This document shows positions 20,566 to 29,751 of a stretch of DNA of 64,000 bases, piece after piece (the first letter of the stretch is position 1; every line of letters starts with the position of its first letter). Origin of the DNA: a virus (Duplodnaviria > Heunggongvirae > Uroviricota > Caudoviricetes); IMG/VR virus record IMGVR_UViG_3300021400_002728, positions 261,154 through 325,153 of that record; one strand, written 5' to 3'. The notes below the pieces were generated by a model. The model ran no database searches, had not been told where the DNA came from, and was given only the letters and a program-made list of their open reading frames with translations. The position numbers were made by a program, and so were the translations under genes.

Positions 20566-21030
20566 TTACTCAGCCTTAGGAGCCTCTGCCTTAGGAACTA
20601 CCTTTGTCTCAGGAGCTGGCTTAACCTCTACCTTCTTCTCTGCCTTAGGAGCAGCTGCCTTCTTAGGTGCAGCAGGCTTCTTTACAGCAGCCTTCTTAGC
20701 AGCTTCCTTAGCCTTAGCAGCGTCTGCCTTTGCCTTCTCAGCAGCCTTCTTAGCCTCAGCCTTTGCCTTCTCGGCAGCGGCCTTCTCAGCTTCCTTAACC
20801 TTTGCAGTAGCAGCCTTTACAGCGGCCTTAGCAGCAACAGACTTTGCCTTTGCCTTAGCAGCAGCATCTGCAGCCTTTGTAGCTTCCTTGTCAGCAACCT
20901 TAGCGTTAGCCTCTGCCTTCTTAAGAGCTTCCTGAGCCTTAAGAACAGCCTTATCTACCACCTTAGCTGTAGCCTTCTTTGCAACGGGCTTCTTAGCCTC
21001 AACATTCTTTGCATCATTTGTCTTTGTCAT
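20566..21030 (-). CDS. Lys/Ala-rich histone H1-like protein
   Basis: AKKA/KAAE/PKK repeats; distinct GC-richer codon usage; followed by a terminator hairpin at 20510-20544. Confidence 0.65.
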   Translation of the reverse strand: MTKTNDAKNVEAKKPVAKKATAKVVDKAVLKAQEALKKAEANAKVADKEATKAADAAAKAKAKSVAAKAAVKAATAKVKEAEKAAAEKAKAEAKKAAEKAKADAAKAKEAAKKAAVKKPAAPKKAAAPKAEKKVEVKPAPETKVVPKAEAPKAE

Positions 21031-21090
21031 AATTTTCTTTCCTTTCAATATTAAAAGTTTTTGTGTTATATATGCTAACCGCATAGCGGA

Positions 21091-22308
21091 TTAACAACAT
21101 TCTTTATTGACTTCATATACATATCTCTCTAGCGACCAACTGCCACTATGATAAGCTAAAAGTCCAATAGGAATTTTTAATGTTCCATCCATACTTTCAA
21201 TAACTAGAAGTACATTAGTTACGATAGTTGATTCTTTTTTATTTTTCATTTTAAGTTTATCAGATCGAACATATACATTTGTAATATTAAATAGCTTTTC
21301 GTTCCAACTTGTGATATCAGGAATATTTTCAATTTTGAAATATCCTTTACGTATATTGTACGTTACAATTGCGTTGCTAAAATCAATATCAAATGTTTGA
21401 CAAACTAATTTACATGCTTCTTCTAATTCATCTTGAATATTTTTAGGTACTTTCATCAATAAGTCCTATTCTTTCTTTTAGAGTAAAAGTCCAATAATCA
21501 TTATAAGTAATACAACTGCCCATACAATAATTGTCTCTGTCATTATAACTCCTAATTATTCATTAAGTAGTTAAGCAATTCTTCATATGTATGATCTTCT
21601 TTATTAAATTTCCAGCTTGTTACAATAGAAAGATCTTCAGCTTTAAGCTTCTCTATAGATTCAACTGACGGTTCGAATTCCATAACTACTTTTATTCTAT
21701 TTCCACCACAAGTAGGAAAGTCAACTAGTCTAGTTCCAGAACTAATTGCTTTCCTACATTGAATCTTTATAAAACGTTCATATTCTTCTTTGGATAATTT
21801 CATATTACCATAACTCCCACTGAAGATCAACAAGTCTTTTATATGAACTGTTATCAAAAACCTCTTCTACAGGTTTTCTTCTTACTTTTCTTGCGGTTAA
21901 TTTCTTACAGTATTTCTGTATATTAGTGCTGTTTGCTCTTCTGAGTCTCTTAGGAATCTCAACATATTCGCCACCATAATGTCTTTTTCTATCATGAGCA
22001 GGAATAACTTTTCTTTCAGTAATAACAGGTACACGATATATCTTTTCGGTAATTTCACCATTAACATCCAAAGATTTAATAGTAATATACTTGTACTCTG
22101 TCTTTTCCTCTACCTGCTCAGGAATATGATCGATTACGATATGTCCTACATACTTACTATCCTTAACCCAGTAGCCTCTAGCATAGGAATACTCACCATT
22201 TGCTGCCTTCTTAAATCTATCCTTTTTCTTTAATGCAGTTTCTTTTCTTCTAAGACTTGCAATAAGTTTTGATTTTCTTACACCAGGAATAGTTTTTACT
22301 TTTGACAT
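21091..22308 (-). CDS. three hypothetical proteins (21091-21459, 21552-21857, 21805-22308)
   Basis: Consecutive ORFs downstream of the promoter at 22337-22365. Confidence 0.5.
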
Positions 22309-22336
22309 AAACTGTACTCCTTATTTAATTAAATTC

Positions 22337-22365
22337 ATTTTAACATAACAATATTCAGTTGTAAA
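22337..22365 (-). promoter_or_regulatory. sigma70-type promoter
   Basis: TTTACA-17-TAAAAT. Confidence 0.7.
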
Positions 22366-22410
22366 TAGTTTTTTGAAAATTTTTTAAGATCTTTTTATCT
22401 TATATCAAAC

Positions 22411-23298
22411 TTATTCTGTAACTAATATTGTCTGATCAAATTTAGCACCATCTGTAGAAGTCCAACGAATTATATACTCTCCTGGTACAGTAATTTCTGT
22501 TACAAGTACACCAGAAATCTCGCCATTTCCATAATAATGAACATACTGCTTAGCATAATCAATGATCTCTGCGGAATGATTAGACATAGACCAAGTACAA
22601 TACTCAGCATCAATAAGAGCTGCTCCAGTATATTCTTCTACGATAGTAACTGTAAATACTGCATAGTTAAGCGGAAGATATGTTCCATCATCCATAAGTC
22701 TTACCCAAGCACATTCATAAACACCTGGAGTATTAAAATCTACATTATCAATTACTGGAAATGTATTAGGATACGCAGAAGTTCCTTTAATGATCTCTTC
22801 AATAGCAGTATTATAATCACAACCTTTAGGAAGTGTTACACTATGACAGTTAGAAACTGCTAAGCCTGAATACGGATCTGGTTCTGCAATAGATATTTCA
22901 ACTGAATCTGATACTTCATCTATAGAAGCAGTAATTGTAGCAGTTCCATAGTTTACAATTTCAATCATACCATTCTTATCTACAGTAATAACTGATTCAT
23001 CACTAGTAGTCCAGATAACTTCCTTATTAGTAGTATCTTCTGGTAAAATAGTTACATCTAACTGTAAGGTATCACCTTTACGTAATTTATCTATTTCACC
23101 AATTTTAATCGATTCTGCAGTAATAACTATCTCTTCAGGTTCTTCTTCAATTATATCTTCAATTACTTCTTCAATAGGTTCTTCCTCAACAATAACTTTG
23201 TCAGGAATTGGATCAGTAATCTTATGTTCAGTATTAGAACATCCAGCTAAACATAAAATACAAGATAATACTGCAATAGTTGCAAAAGATTTTCTCAT
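22411..23298 (-). CDS. lipoprotein with bacterial Ig-like (Big_2) domain
   Basis: LAGC lipobox; VIWTTSDESVITVDKNG..GTATITA. Confidence 0.8.
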   Translation of the reverse strand: MRKSFATIAVLSCILCLAGCSNTEHKITDPIPDKVIVEEEPIEEVIEDIIEEEPEEIVITAESIKIGEIDKLRKGDTLQLDVTILPEDTTNKEVIWTTSDESVITVDKNGMIEIVNYGTATITASIDEVSDSVEISIAEPDPYSGLAVSNCHSVTLPKGCDYNTAIEEIIKGTSAYPNTFPVIDNVDFNTPGVYECAWVRLMDDGTYLPLNYAVFTVTIVEEYTGAALIDAEYCTWSMSNHSAEIIDYAKQYVHYYGNGEISGVLVTEITVPGEYIIRWTSTDGAKFDQTILVTE

Positions 23299-23337
23299 AA
23301 TTTTTTAAATTCCTTTCTGTTTATACTCCCTAAATTT

Positions 23338-24438
23338 TTATGGCTTAAAATATTTGGTGCTATTAGAATCAGTTCCAACCGGAATTTTAATCAAATAATT
23401 TTTATTATTTTGAGGTATTTCGTAGAATCCTATTCCTTCACTCCAAATACTTCCAGCTTTTACGTTTTTCATTTCTGGTGAAATATCTAATAATGTACTT
23501 GGCAAATCAGTATATCCACCAATTCCTCTACCATCATCATTAAGATTACAAATAGTAATAGGTGATTCAATACCTGTTATTTTTCTTTCAGCAGTAAAAC
23601 TGCTAGGGAAGAAAATTGAATAATAATATACTACCCATTCACAAGCGCTATCATGTAAGTCTACTACATCATCTTTAGTTGCTTGATTACTTTCTAGTAT
23701 ATTATTGTAATCCTCAACTATTGATTCTGCGTTTTTTCCAGTTTCTATTCTAGTAATACTAATACAAACTGGTTCATATGAATCAATTTCTGGATTATAA
23801 ATATACGTACTAATCCATTCACCAATTCTAGCAGGTGAATCTAAACTACCTTCTACTATAACACTTTGCTGACTTAAGGGTACTGGCGTATAACATTCTT
23901 CTTTCGTCATAAATGCTAGATTCTGTAATGCATCTTCAATAGATAAAGGATCTTTAGTATTATTTACAATACTCATTCCAACTATGTAATTATTGATTTC
24001 AGTATAAAACACTCTTGTATAAGAAGTTTCATCTTCTATATAATTATTAGCTATAGTCCAAGAATCACTTACTCTACTACAATTAGCTGATATTCTAAAA
24101 TCAGGATCATTTAACTCAAAAATAGACACTGTTTTGTTTACATTACCTTCAGCGTCTTTTCTCTTAAATTCTCCTATATATTGAATATTATCTTGTGTTA
24201 GTAATAATGAACGATCTGTTTCTTCAAAATCACTTGTGAGTGTTATAGATAATAGAATATTATCAGTGAAATGTTGATTATCTAGATCATACTCATGACA
24301 GTCAAATCTAGCAGTTTGAATCTGAGGTTGATCTTCAGTAGGCTGAGCAGGTTCTTTTGAACATGCGCAAAGGCCAATTGTAAGAACCATACAGCTCAAT
24401 AAAGCTAGTAGTCTTTTCATAATACTGTTTCCTTTCAA
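23338..24438 (-). CDS. lipoprotein
   Basis: LCAC lipobox after signal peptide. Confidence 0.65.
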   Translation of the reverse strand: MKGNSIMKRLLALLSCMVLTIGLCACSKEPAQPTEDQPQIQTARFDCHEYDLDNQHFTDNILLSITLTSDFEETDRSLLLTQDNIQYIGEFKRKDAEGNVNKTVSIFELNDPDFRISANCSRVSDSWTIANNYIEDETSYTRVFYTEINNYIVGMSIVNNTKDPLSIEDALQNLAFMTKEECYTPVPLSQQSVIVEGSLDSPARIGEWISTYIYNPEIDSYEPVCISITRIETGKNAESIVEDYNNILESNQATKDDVVDLHDSACEWVVYYYSIFFPSSFTAERKITGIESPITICNLNDDGRGIGGYTDLPSTLLDISPEMKNVKAGSIWSEGIGFYEIPQNNKNYLIKIPVGTDSNSTKYFKP

Positions 24439-24458
24439 AATTAAAAACAGGAAAAGTA

Positions 24459-24713
24459 TTATTGATCTTCTCCTGTTAAGAAATAATTTGGATAATTCTG
24501 TTTCGTATCGTTAATGTATTCCTTGATTCGATCTACACAAAGTTGAATATCTTTATCAACTCCACCTTCGTATAAAATTAGTTCAGCACCATTATATACG
24601 ATATCGTAAAATGTGTCAGGATCTTCAGCAACTGGTACACCCTGTCGTTTTAGTTCACATGCCAACATATTTGCAACAGTTGTACATTGCAACTCTTTAG
24701 AAATCTGTGCCAT
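24459..24713 (-). CDS. hypothetical protein
   Basis: 84-aa ORF with GGAGG RBS. Confidence 0.55.
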   Translation of the reverse strand: MAQISKELQCTTVANMLACELKRQGVPVAEDPDTFYDIVYNGAELILYEGGVDKDIQLCVDRIKEYINDTKQNYPNYFLTGEDQ

Positions 24714-24717
24714 CTTT

Positions 24718-25212
24718 TTATTCCTCCATAATTTTTTCCATTACATAATGAGATCTAAACTCATCATTCATGTGCATGTATATATTTACAGGAATTTCAA
24801 GATGTTCACCAGTATCTCGGTCAACTAATGCAAGAATATGTCCACCATTTACAGTGTACGAAGTTCCATCAATAGAAATTTCAAACATTTCATCTTCACC
24901 AGTATGTAGTTCTTTTACCTTACGTGGTTGTCCATCCTTACCCATAACTACGTCACCTAATTTAACGTCTTTTGCAAGTTTAATTCGTGAACCGACTGGA
25001 TAATTATCGTCATTTGAAAATTCTTCAATAGTAAAACTTCTCTTTATTCGTTTTCCGTCAACAAGGTCAACAAGATGATGTTTCCTGTACATATTTTTAA
25101 TTAAATAGTCTTTTACTGACACAACTTTTTTACAACCAAATCTAAAAAGAGTTAGTTTGTAGTTTTCGTCAGCTATAATAAAACTACCATCATCTAAAGT
25201 GATTTTATACAT
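24718..25212 (-). CDS. free-standing intein middle fragment IntM-1 (Hint core lacking blocks A, F and G)
   Basis: GSRIKLAKDVKLGDVVMGKDGQPRKVKELHTGEDEMFEI...YTVNGGHILAL matches the VMA-type intein N2 to block B region; no N-terminal Cys block, no terminal HN, no extein. Confidence 0.82.
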   Translation of the reverse strand: MYKITLDDGSFIIADENYKLTLFRFGCKKVVSVKDYLIKNMYRKHHLVDLVDGKRIKRSFTIEEFSNDDNYPVGSRIKLAKDVKLGDVVMGKDGQPRKVKELHTGEDEMFEISIDGTSYTVNGGHILALVDRDTGEHLEIPVNIYMHMNDEFRSHYVMEKIMEE

Positions 25213-25214
25213 TG

Positions 25215-26621
25215 TTAACGTCCTTTCACTGCATAATTTTTAAATGTATCTATATCATAGAATCCATTTAGTTTTTCTTTTGCATATCTACTATGTCTTA
25301 GTTTTCTAATTGCTTTTGACTCAATCTGTCGTATTCTTTCCTTAGTTACGTTATATATAACTGCAACCTGCTCCAAAGTACGTGGAATCTCATCATCAAT
25401 ACCAAATCTGAGTCTTAATACTTTACGTGCTCTGTCATCAGTTATTACTTCATTAATAACATCATTCATAATCTCTTTTAGCTGAAGCTTTTCTACTTCT
25501 TCTTCAGGTGAAGGCATTTTAGACGGAATAAAGTCACCTAAAACTGAATCTTCATCCTCTTCATTTCTAACTGGAGCAGATAATGATACTATATTTCCTT
25601 CAAAAGTCGCCTCATATAATCTTAATGTAGGAATATCGATTGATGTAATTGACGAGCTAGCAAAAAGCTTATTTTCATTAATATAATCAACTAGTTCTTC
25701 TTCAGTGCACGCTCGATCTAACTTCTTTTCAAGTTCTACTTTTGAATGCCTATTTTTAATGGCTTGCTCACATGCATGTATAGGAAGTCTTATAGTTCTA
25801 CTATCATTTCCTAAACCTCTAAGAATACTCTGTTTGATCCACCATGTCGCATAAGTGGAAAACTTAAATCCAAGTGAAGGATCAAATTTATCAACAGCTG
25901 TCATAAGCCCAATATTACCATACTGAATTAAATCCATAAATGATAATGCTGGATTGGCAAAATGTTTAGCTATTGATACTACAAGTCTTAAATTATGATT
26001 AATTAGTTTGTTTTTAACTTCAGGATCATGTGTATCTGCATATTGTAACGCTAATGCAATTTCATCTTCAGGACTAAGTAGCTCATATTGTCCTATATCT
26101 AATAAATATTGTTTTACACTATCTATAGTATAGTATGTAGTTGGAATTTTATCTGGATCTATATCGTCATCATCTTCAGCTACTTCATATGCGTCTTCAA
26201 ATTCAGATAGTTCTATATCATTAATATCAGTAATATCAGTAATAGGTACATCTACATCATTTATTTCTTTTACTATATATCCAAGTTGTTCAATATATTT
26301 CACAAATAATTTTAACTTATTATCATTAACTGCGACTGTAATGTCGTTAAGATCAACATATTTATGATCCTTTGCACCTTTACATAATTTTTTAATTACT
26401 TGCATTTCATCTTTATTAAAGTTAATAGATGAAATCTTACCTTTTTCAGTAATAATGATTCCTTTCTCTATGAAATAACAGACAGCATTTGCATGCTGTC
26501 CGTCAGTTCTAAAGTGAGAATTTTTGTCTACTTCAGTTATAAGTGTTGAGTAATCTAATGAATTGTTTTTAATGAATGTTTTTTCAATTGATTGACATTT
26601 TTTAATCAAATCCTTATTCAT
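25215..26621 (-). CDS. RpoD-like sigma-70 factor
   Basis: NLRLVVSIAK, DLIQYGNIGL, KFSTYATWWIKQ, TLEQV..VTKERIRQIE. Confidence 0.93.
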   Translation of the reverse strand: MNKDLIKKCQSIEKTFIKNNSLDYSTLITEVDKNSHFRTDGQHANAVCYFIEKGIIITEKGKISSINFNKDEMQVIKKLCKGAKDHKYVDLNDITVAVNDNKLKLFVKYIEQLGYIVKEINDVDVPITDITDINDIELSEFEDAYEVAEDDDDIDPDKIPTTYYTIDSVKQYLLDIGQYELLSPEDEIALALQYADTHDPEVKNKLINHNLRLVVSIAKHFANPALSFMDLIQYGNIGLMTAVDKFDPSLGFKFSTYATWWIKQSILRGLGNDSRTIRLPIHACEQAIKNRHSKVELEKKLDRACTEEELVDYINENKLFASSSITSIDIPTLRLYEATFEGNIVSLSAPVRNEEDEDSVLGDFIPSKMPSPEEEVEKLQLKEIMNDVINEVITDDRARKVLRLRFGIDDEIPRTLEQVAVIYNVTKERIRQIESKAIRKLRHSRYAKEKLNGFYDIDTFKNYAVKGR

Positions 26622-26634
26622 TCAAAAAACTCCT

Positions 26635-28002
26635 TTATACACTAATCAGATCTCTAAGTTCTTTTCTAAATCTTAGTTTTCTCTTAGCTTTATCTTCAAT
26701 CTGTCTTATACGCTCACGCGTTACACCATAAATCCGTCCAACCTGTTCAAGCGTCATTGGTTCTCTATTATCAAAACCAAATCTATACTTTAATATTGCT
26801 ACTTCTTTTGGTGTTAAGTACTTTTCAAATACTTCATCAAACTTTTCTTTTAAGTCATTACTTTCAGCATGACTTTCTACATTAGACGATTGATCAGGAA
26901 TAAAGTCACCTAAGTATGACTGTTCACCGTGCTCATCTTCACCAATAGGAGTAAACAATGAAACTGCGTTAGTCATATCATAATAATGTAAGTATTCTTT
27001 TATCTTAGCCGCAGTAATGGTCTTATTATTAGCAGTAGTTTTTACAACCCAACCCTTTTCATTACAAAGTTTTGCAATTTCTTCTGGTTCAGGCTGCGAT
27101 TCATTGCCTTTAGTTAGCTGAATTTCCTTAATTGCTTTATGAATATATCTAAGTTGTTCGGTTGCATGGACTGGAAGTCTAATAGTTCTACCTTCATCAG
27201 CAAGTGCTCTAGTAATAGATTGACGAATCCACCAAGTAGCATAAGTAGAAAACTTAAACCCAAGTTCAGGATCAAATCTTTCTACTGCCTTCATAACTCC
27301 CATATTACCTACTTGGATAATATCTTCAAAATCTAATGAACTAGATCCACTAAATACATATCTTTTGGCTATGCTAACAACTAATTTAAGATTATATTCT
27401 ACTAAAAGCTGTCCAGCTAAAGTATCACCCTTTTGGTAACGTCTAGCTAAATCTGCTTCTTCTTTAGATGAAAGTAGTTTATTATCATGTAATGATGAAA
27501 TATCTTTAAGATATTGTTTTACACCATCTATTTCATAATAAGTGTTAGCTTTATCATCTTCAATATCTTTAAGTTCAGCTTCAGTAGGCTCATTATCAGA
27601 TTCGTCTATATAAGATTCAAATGCTTCGTCTTCAATGGCTTCCATTAGATTTTCATCTAATTCTTCTGGTAATTCAGTTGAGTCTTCGTCTTTTATAGTA
27701 GACTTTATAGGCTTAGTATAAAAATTAGTTTTATTTTTATTAGACTTGCTAGACTTACTTCTTTTAGTATTGGTTTTCTTTGGTTTAGCCTCTTTTACTG
27801 TAGGCATTTCAACTACTATTCCATTAGCTTCTAAATAGTCTAAAGCATTAGGAATAGTGGTGTTATATCTTAACAAATCTTTATTTTTAGCAATTTCATT
27901 TATAAGATCACTATAAAGAAGAGTTTTATTTGTAGCAAGATTTATAAGTTTATCACATTTTGTTTTAAGCTTACTATTCATATACTTACTCTCCTTTCCC
28001 AT
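26635..28002 (-). CDS. RpoD-like sigma-70 factor
   Basis: NLKLVVSIAK, KFSTYATWWIRQ, RTIRLPVH, VTRERIRQIE. Confidence 0.93.
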   Translation of the reverse strand: MGKESKYMNSKLKTKCDKLINLATNKTLLYSDLINEIAKNKDLLRYNTTIPNALDYLEANGIVVEMPTVKEAKPKKTNTKRSKSSKSNKNKTNFYTKPIKSTIKDEDSTELPEELDENLMEAIEDEAFESYIDESDNEPTEAELKDIEDDKANTYYEIDGVKQYLKDISSLHDNKLLSSKEEADLARRYQKGDTLAGQLLVEYNLKLVVSIAKRYVFSGSSSLDFEDIIQVGNMGVMKAVERFDPELGFKFSTYATWWIRQSITRALADEGRTIRLPVHATEQLRYIHKAIKEIQLTKGNESQPEPEEIAKLCNEKGWVVKTTANNKTITAAKIKEYLHYYDMTNAVSLFTPIGEDEHGEQSYLGDFIPDQSSNVESHAESNDLKEKFDEVFEKYLTPKEVAILKYRFGFDNREPMTLEQVGRIYGVTRERIRQIEDKAKRKLRFRKELRDLISV

Positions 28003-28063
28003 TTAATGAATTTAGATCAATCTATATATCATGATCTATTATATTATTTTAATAATAACATCA

Positions 28064-28951
28064 TTAGTTATCATTGTAAATAGTTTTTTCTGTATCATCA
28101 AAATTTTCTACGCTGTCTGCCTCATTGTTAATAAGATCAATATCGTCTGAATCAATAAGTTTACCAATTACAATAAGACGTCCATTAGTAACATGATATG
28201 CACATGTAGATAATGTAACTAATCTATCACCATATTCTACATCACCAATTCCAGTAGTTTTATACAATGATTTCTTAGCTATCCAGTCAATATATTCATT
28301 AAACTCATCTTCTGTACAATCTACTACTTCCCAATAAGGAAATGCACCTTCATTTACGTGAGTTAAAACTACACCAATGATTTCATATGTACCTGTTCTA
28401 TAGATTGTATCAAAAGTGAAAGTCTTGTGTTCTTTGTAAAATGCTTCTTTTTGGAATAAAGTTAAATGATTGAACATTGTTCCAGCTCGCATGTGATGGC
28501 CATAAATGACTATATTGTCTGAAGGTCTCTCAATATCTGATGCTGAATTACAGAATGGAACACCTGCATAGTCATAATTTTTATAGAAATTTCTGTGAAG
28601 ATAGTATTCTTCATTTCCAGGTGTCTGCATTACAGGATAATCGATACTTGTACCATCAACTGTAAGCCATCCAACAAAATCACTATTTGCTTCTATAAGT
28701 GCACTGAAGTCAGGTTTAGTACGAACATCTAATGCATGTCCATTATTTCCAGAACCTAACCCAGTTTTATCTCTTAGTTGTTCATCATCAATAGGTACTT
28801 CGACTATAAGATCTTTTAAGTCATCAAATGTACTTTCAGCTTCATGTGAGTCTTTAAAATACAAAAACAAATATGTACCTACTGTTGTGATTAAAAAGAG
28901 TCCAATAAGTAAAAACATATAAGGGACTGCTGATCTAATCTTAGTTTTCAT
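28064..28951 (-). CDS. srtB: class B sortase
   Basis: N-terminal TM; IDYPVMQ, IYGHHM, TLSTC, GRLIV. Confidence 0.9.
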   Translation of the reverse strand: MKTKIRSAVPYMFLLIGLFLITTVGTYLFLYFKDSHEAESTFDDLKDLIVEVPIDDEQLRDKTGLGSGNNGHALDVRTKPDFSALIEANSDFVGWLTVDGTSIDYPVMQTPGNEEYYLHRNFYKNYDYAGVPFCNSASDIERPSDNIVIYGHHMRAGTMFNHLTLFQKEAFYKEHKTFTFDTIYRTGTYEIIGVVLTHVNEGAFPYWEVVDCTEDEFNEYIDWIAKKSLYKTTGIGDVEYGDRLVTLSTCAYHVTNGRLIVIGKLIDSDDIDLINNEADSVENFDDTEKTIYNDN

Positions 28952-28967
28952 AATCTTCCCATCCTCT

Positions 28968-29747
28968 TTAATGTATTATACTTAGAATGTGCTCATCTAA
29001 GTAATGCTTACAGCCTTCTTTAAGTTCATCAGGAACTCCATAATAGGCTTCAGCAATAGAACCAGTAATGGCTCCAATAGTGTCACTGTCACCACCCATA
29101 GAAATTGCAGTTCTGATAGCATCTTCAAAACTTCTGCTTTCTAAGAATGATTCAACTGCAACTGGAATAGTACCTTGACAAGAAACATCAAACTTATATT
29201 TAGGTCTAACAAAACCACATCTATGAAGCTTATACTTCATTGTAAGTTCAATATATCGTTTAACTTCTCTTTTACTATGTGTTGTTCGAGCTATAAATAC
29301 TGCACCTGCTGCAGCTTTAGCTCCTCTTATTCCCTCAATATGGTTATGCGAAGGCTTAGCAGAAAGTTCTGCCATTCTTTCGACTTCTTCAAGAGAATCG
29401 AAAAGCCAACCAATTGATGATACTCTCATAGCAGATCCGTTTCCCCAACTATTATAAGGCTGAGGATTATCACTGAATATCCATTCACAGAATCTACCAC
29501 CATATCCAGCACCAGGATATTCACGACCCCATTTAACCATAGAGTCTCTAAAGCATTCTTCAATTTCTAATGAATCAGTATATCCATTTTCTTTGATTTC
29601 TTTACAAGCCTCATATATAGCCATAGTCATTACTGTATCATCTGTAAAACGATCCTCATAATTAAAAAACTCAAAGTCTTTTCCTTTGTAGTCATAACAT
29701 TCGAATCTGCTTCCAGCAATATCACCAATGGTTGCTCCAAATAACAT
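28968..29747 (-). CDS. ADP-ribosylglycohydrolase
   Basis: GDIAGS, FTDDT, GNGSAMR, GGDSDTIGAITG. Confidence 0.92.
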   Translation of the reverse strand: MLFGATIGDIAGSRFECYDYKGKDFEFFNYEDRFTDDTVMTMAIYEACKEIKENGYTDSLEIEECFRDSMVKWGREYPGAGYGGRFCEWIFSDNPQPYNSWGNGSAMRVSSIGWLFDSLEEVERMAELSAKPSHNHIEGIRGAKAAAGAVFIARTTHSKREVKRYIELTMKYKLHRCGFVRPKYKFDVSCQGTIPVAVESFLESRSFEDAIRTAISMGGDSDTIGAITGSIAEAYYGVPDELKEGCKHYLDEHILSIIH

Positions 29748-29751
29748 AATC

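Noticed and set aside
20516-20935. Plus-strand Ala/Phe/Leu-rich ORF
   Set aside because: Antisense shadow of the Lys/Ala-rich gene; the other plus-strand ORFs in the track likewise overlap longer minus-strand genes.
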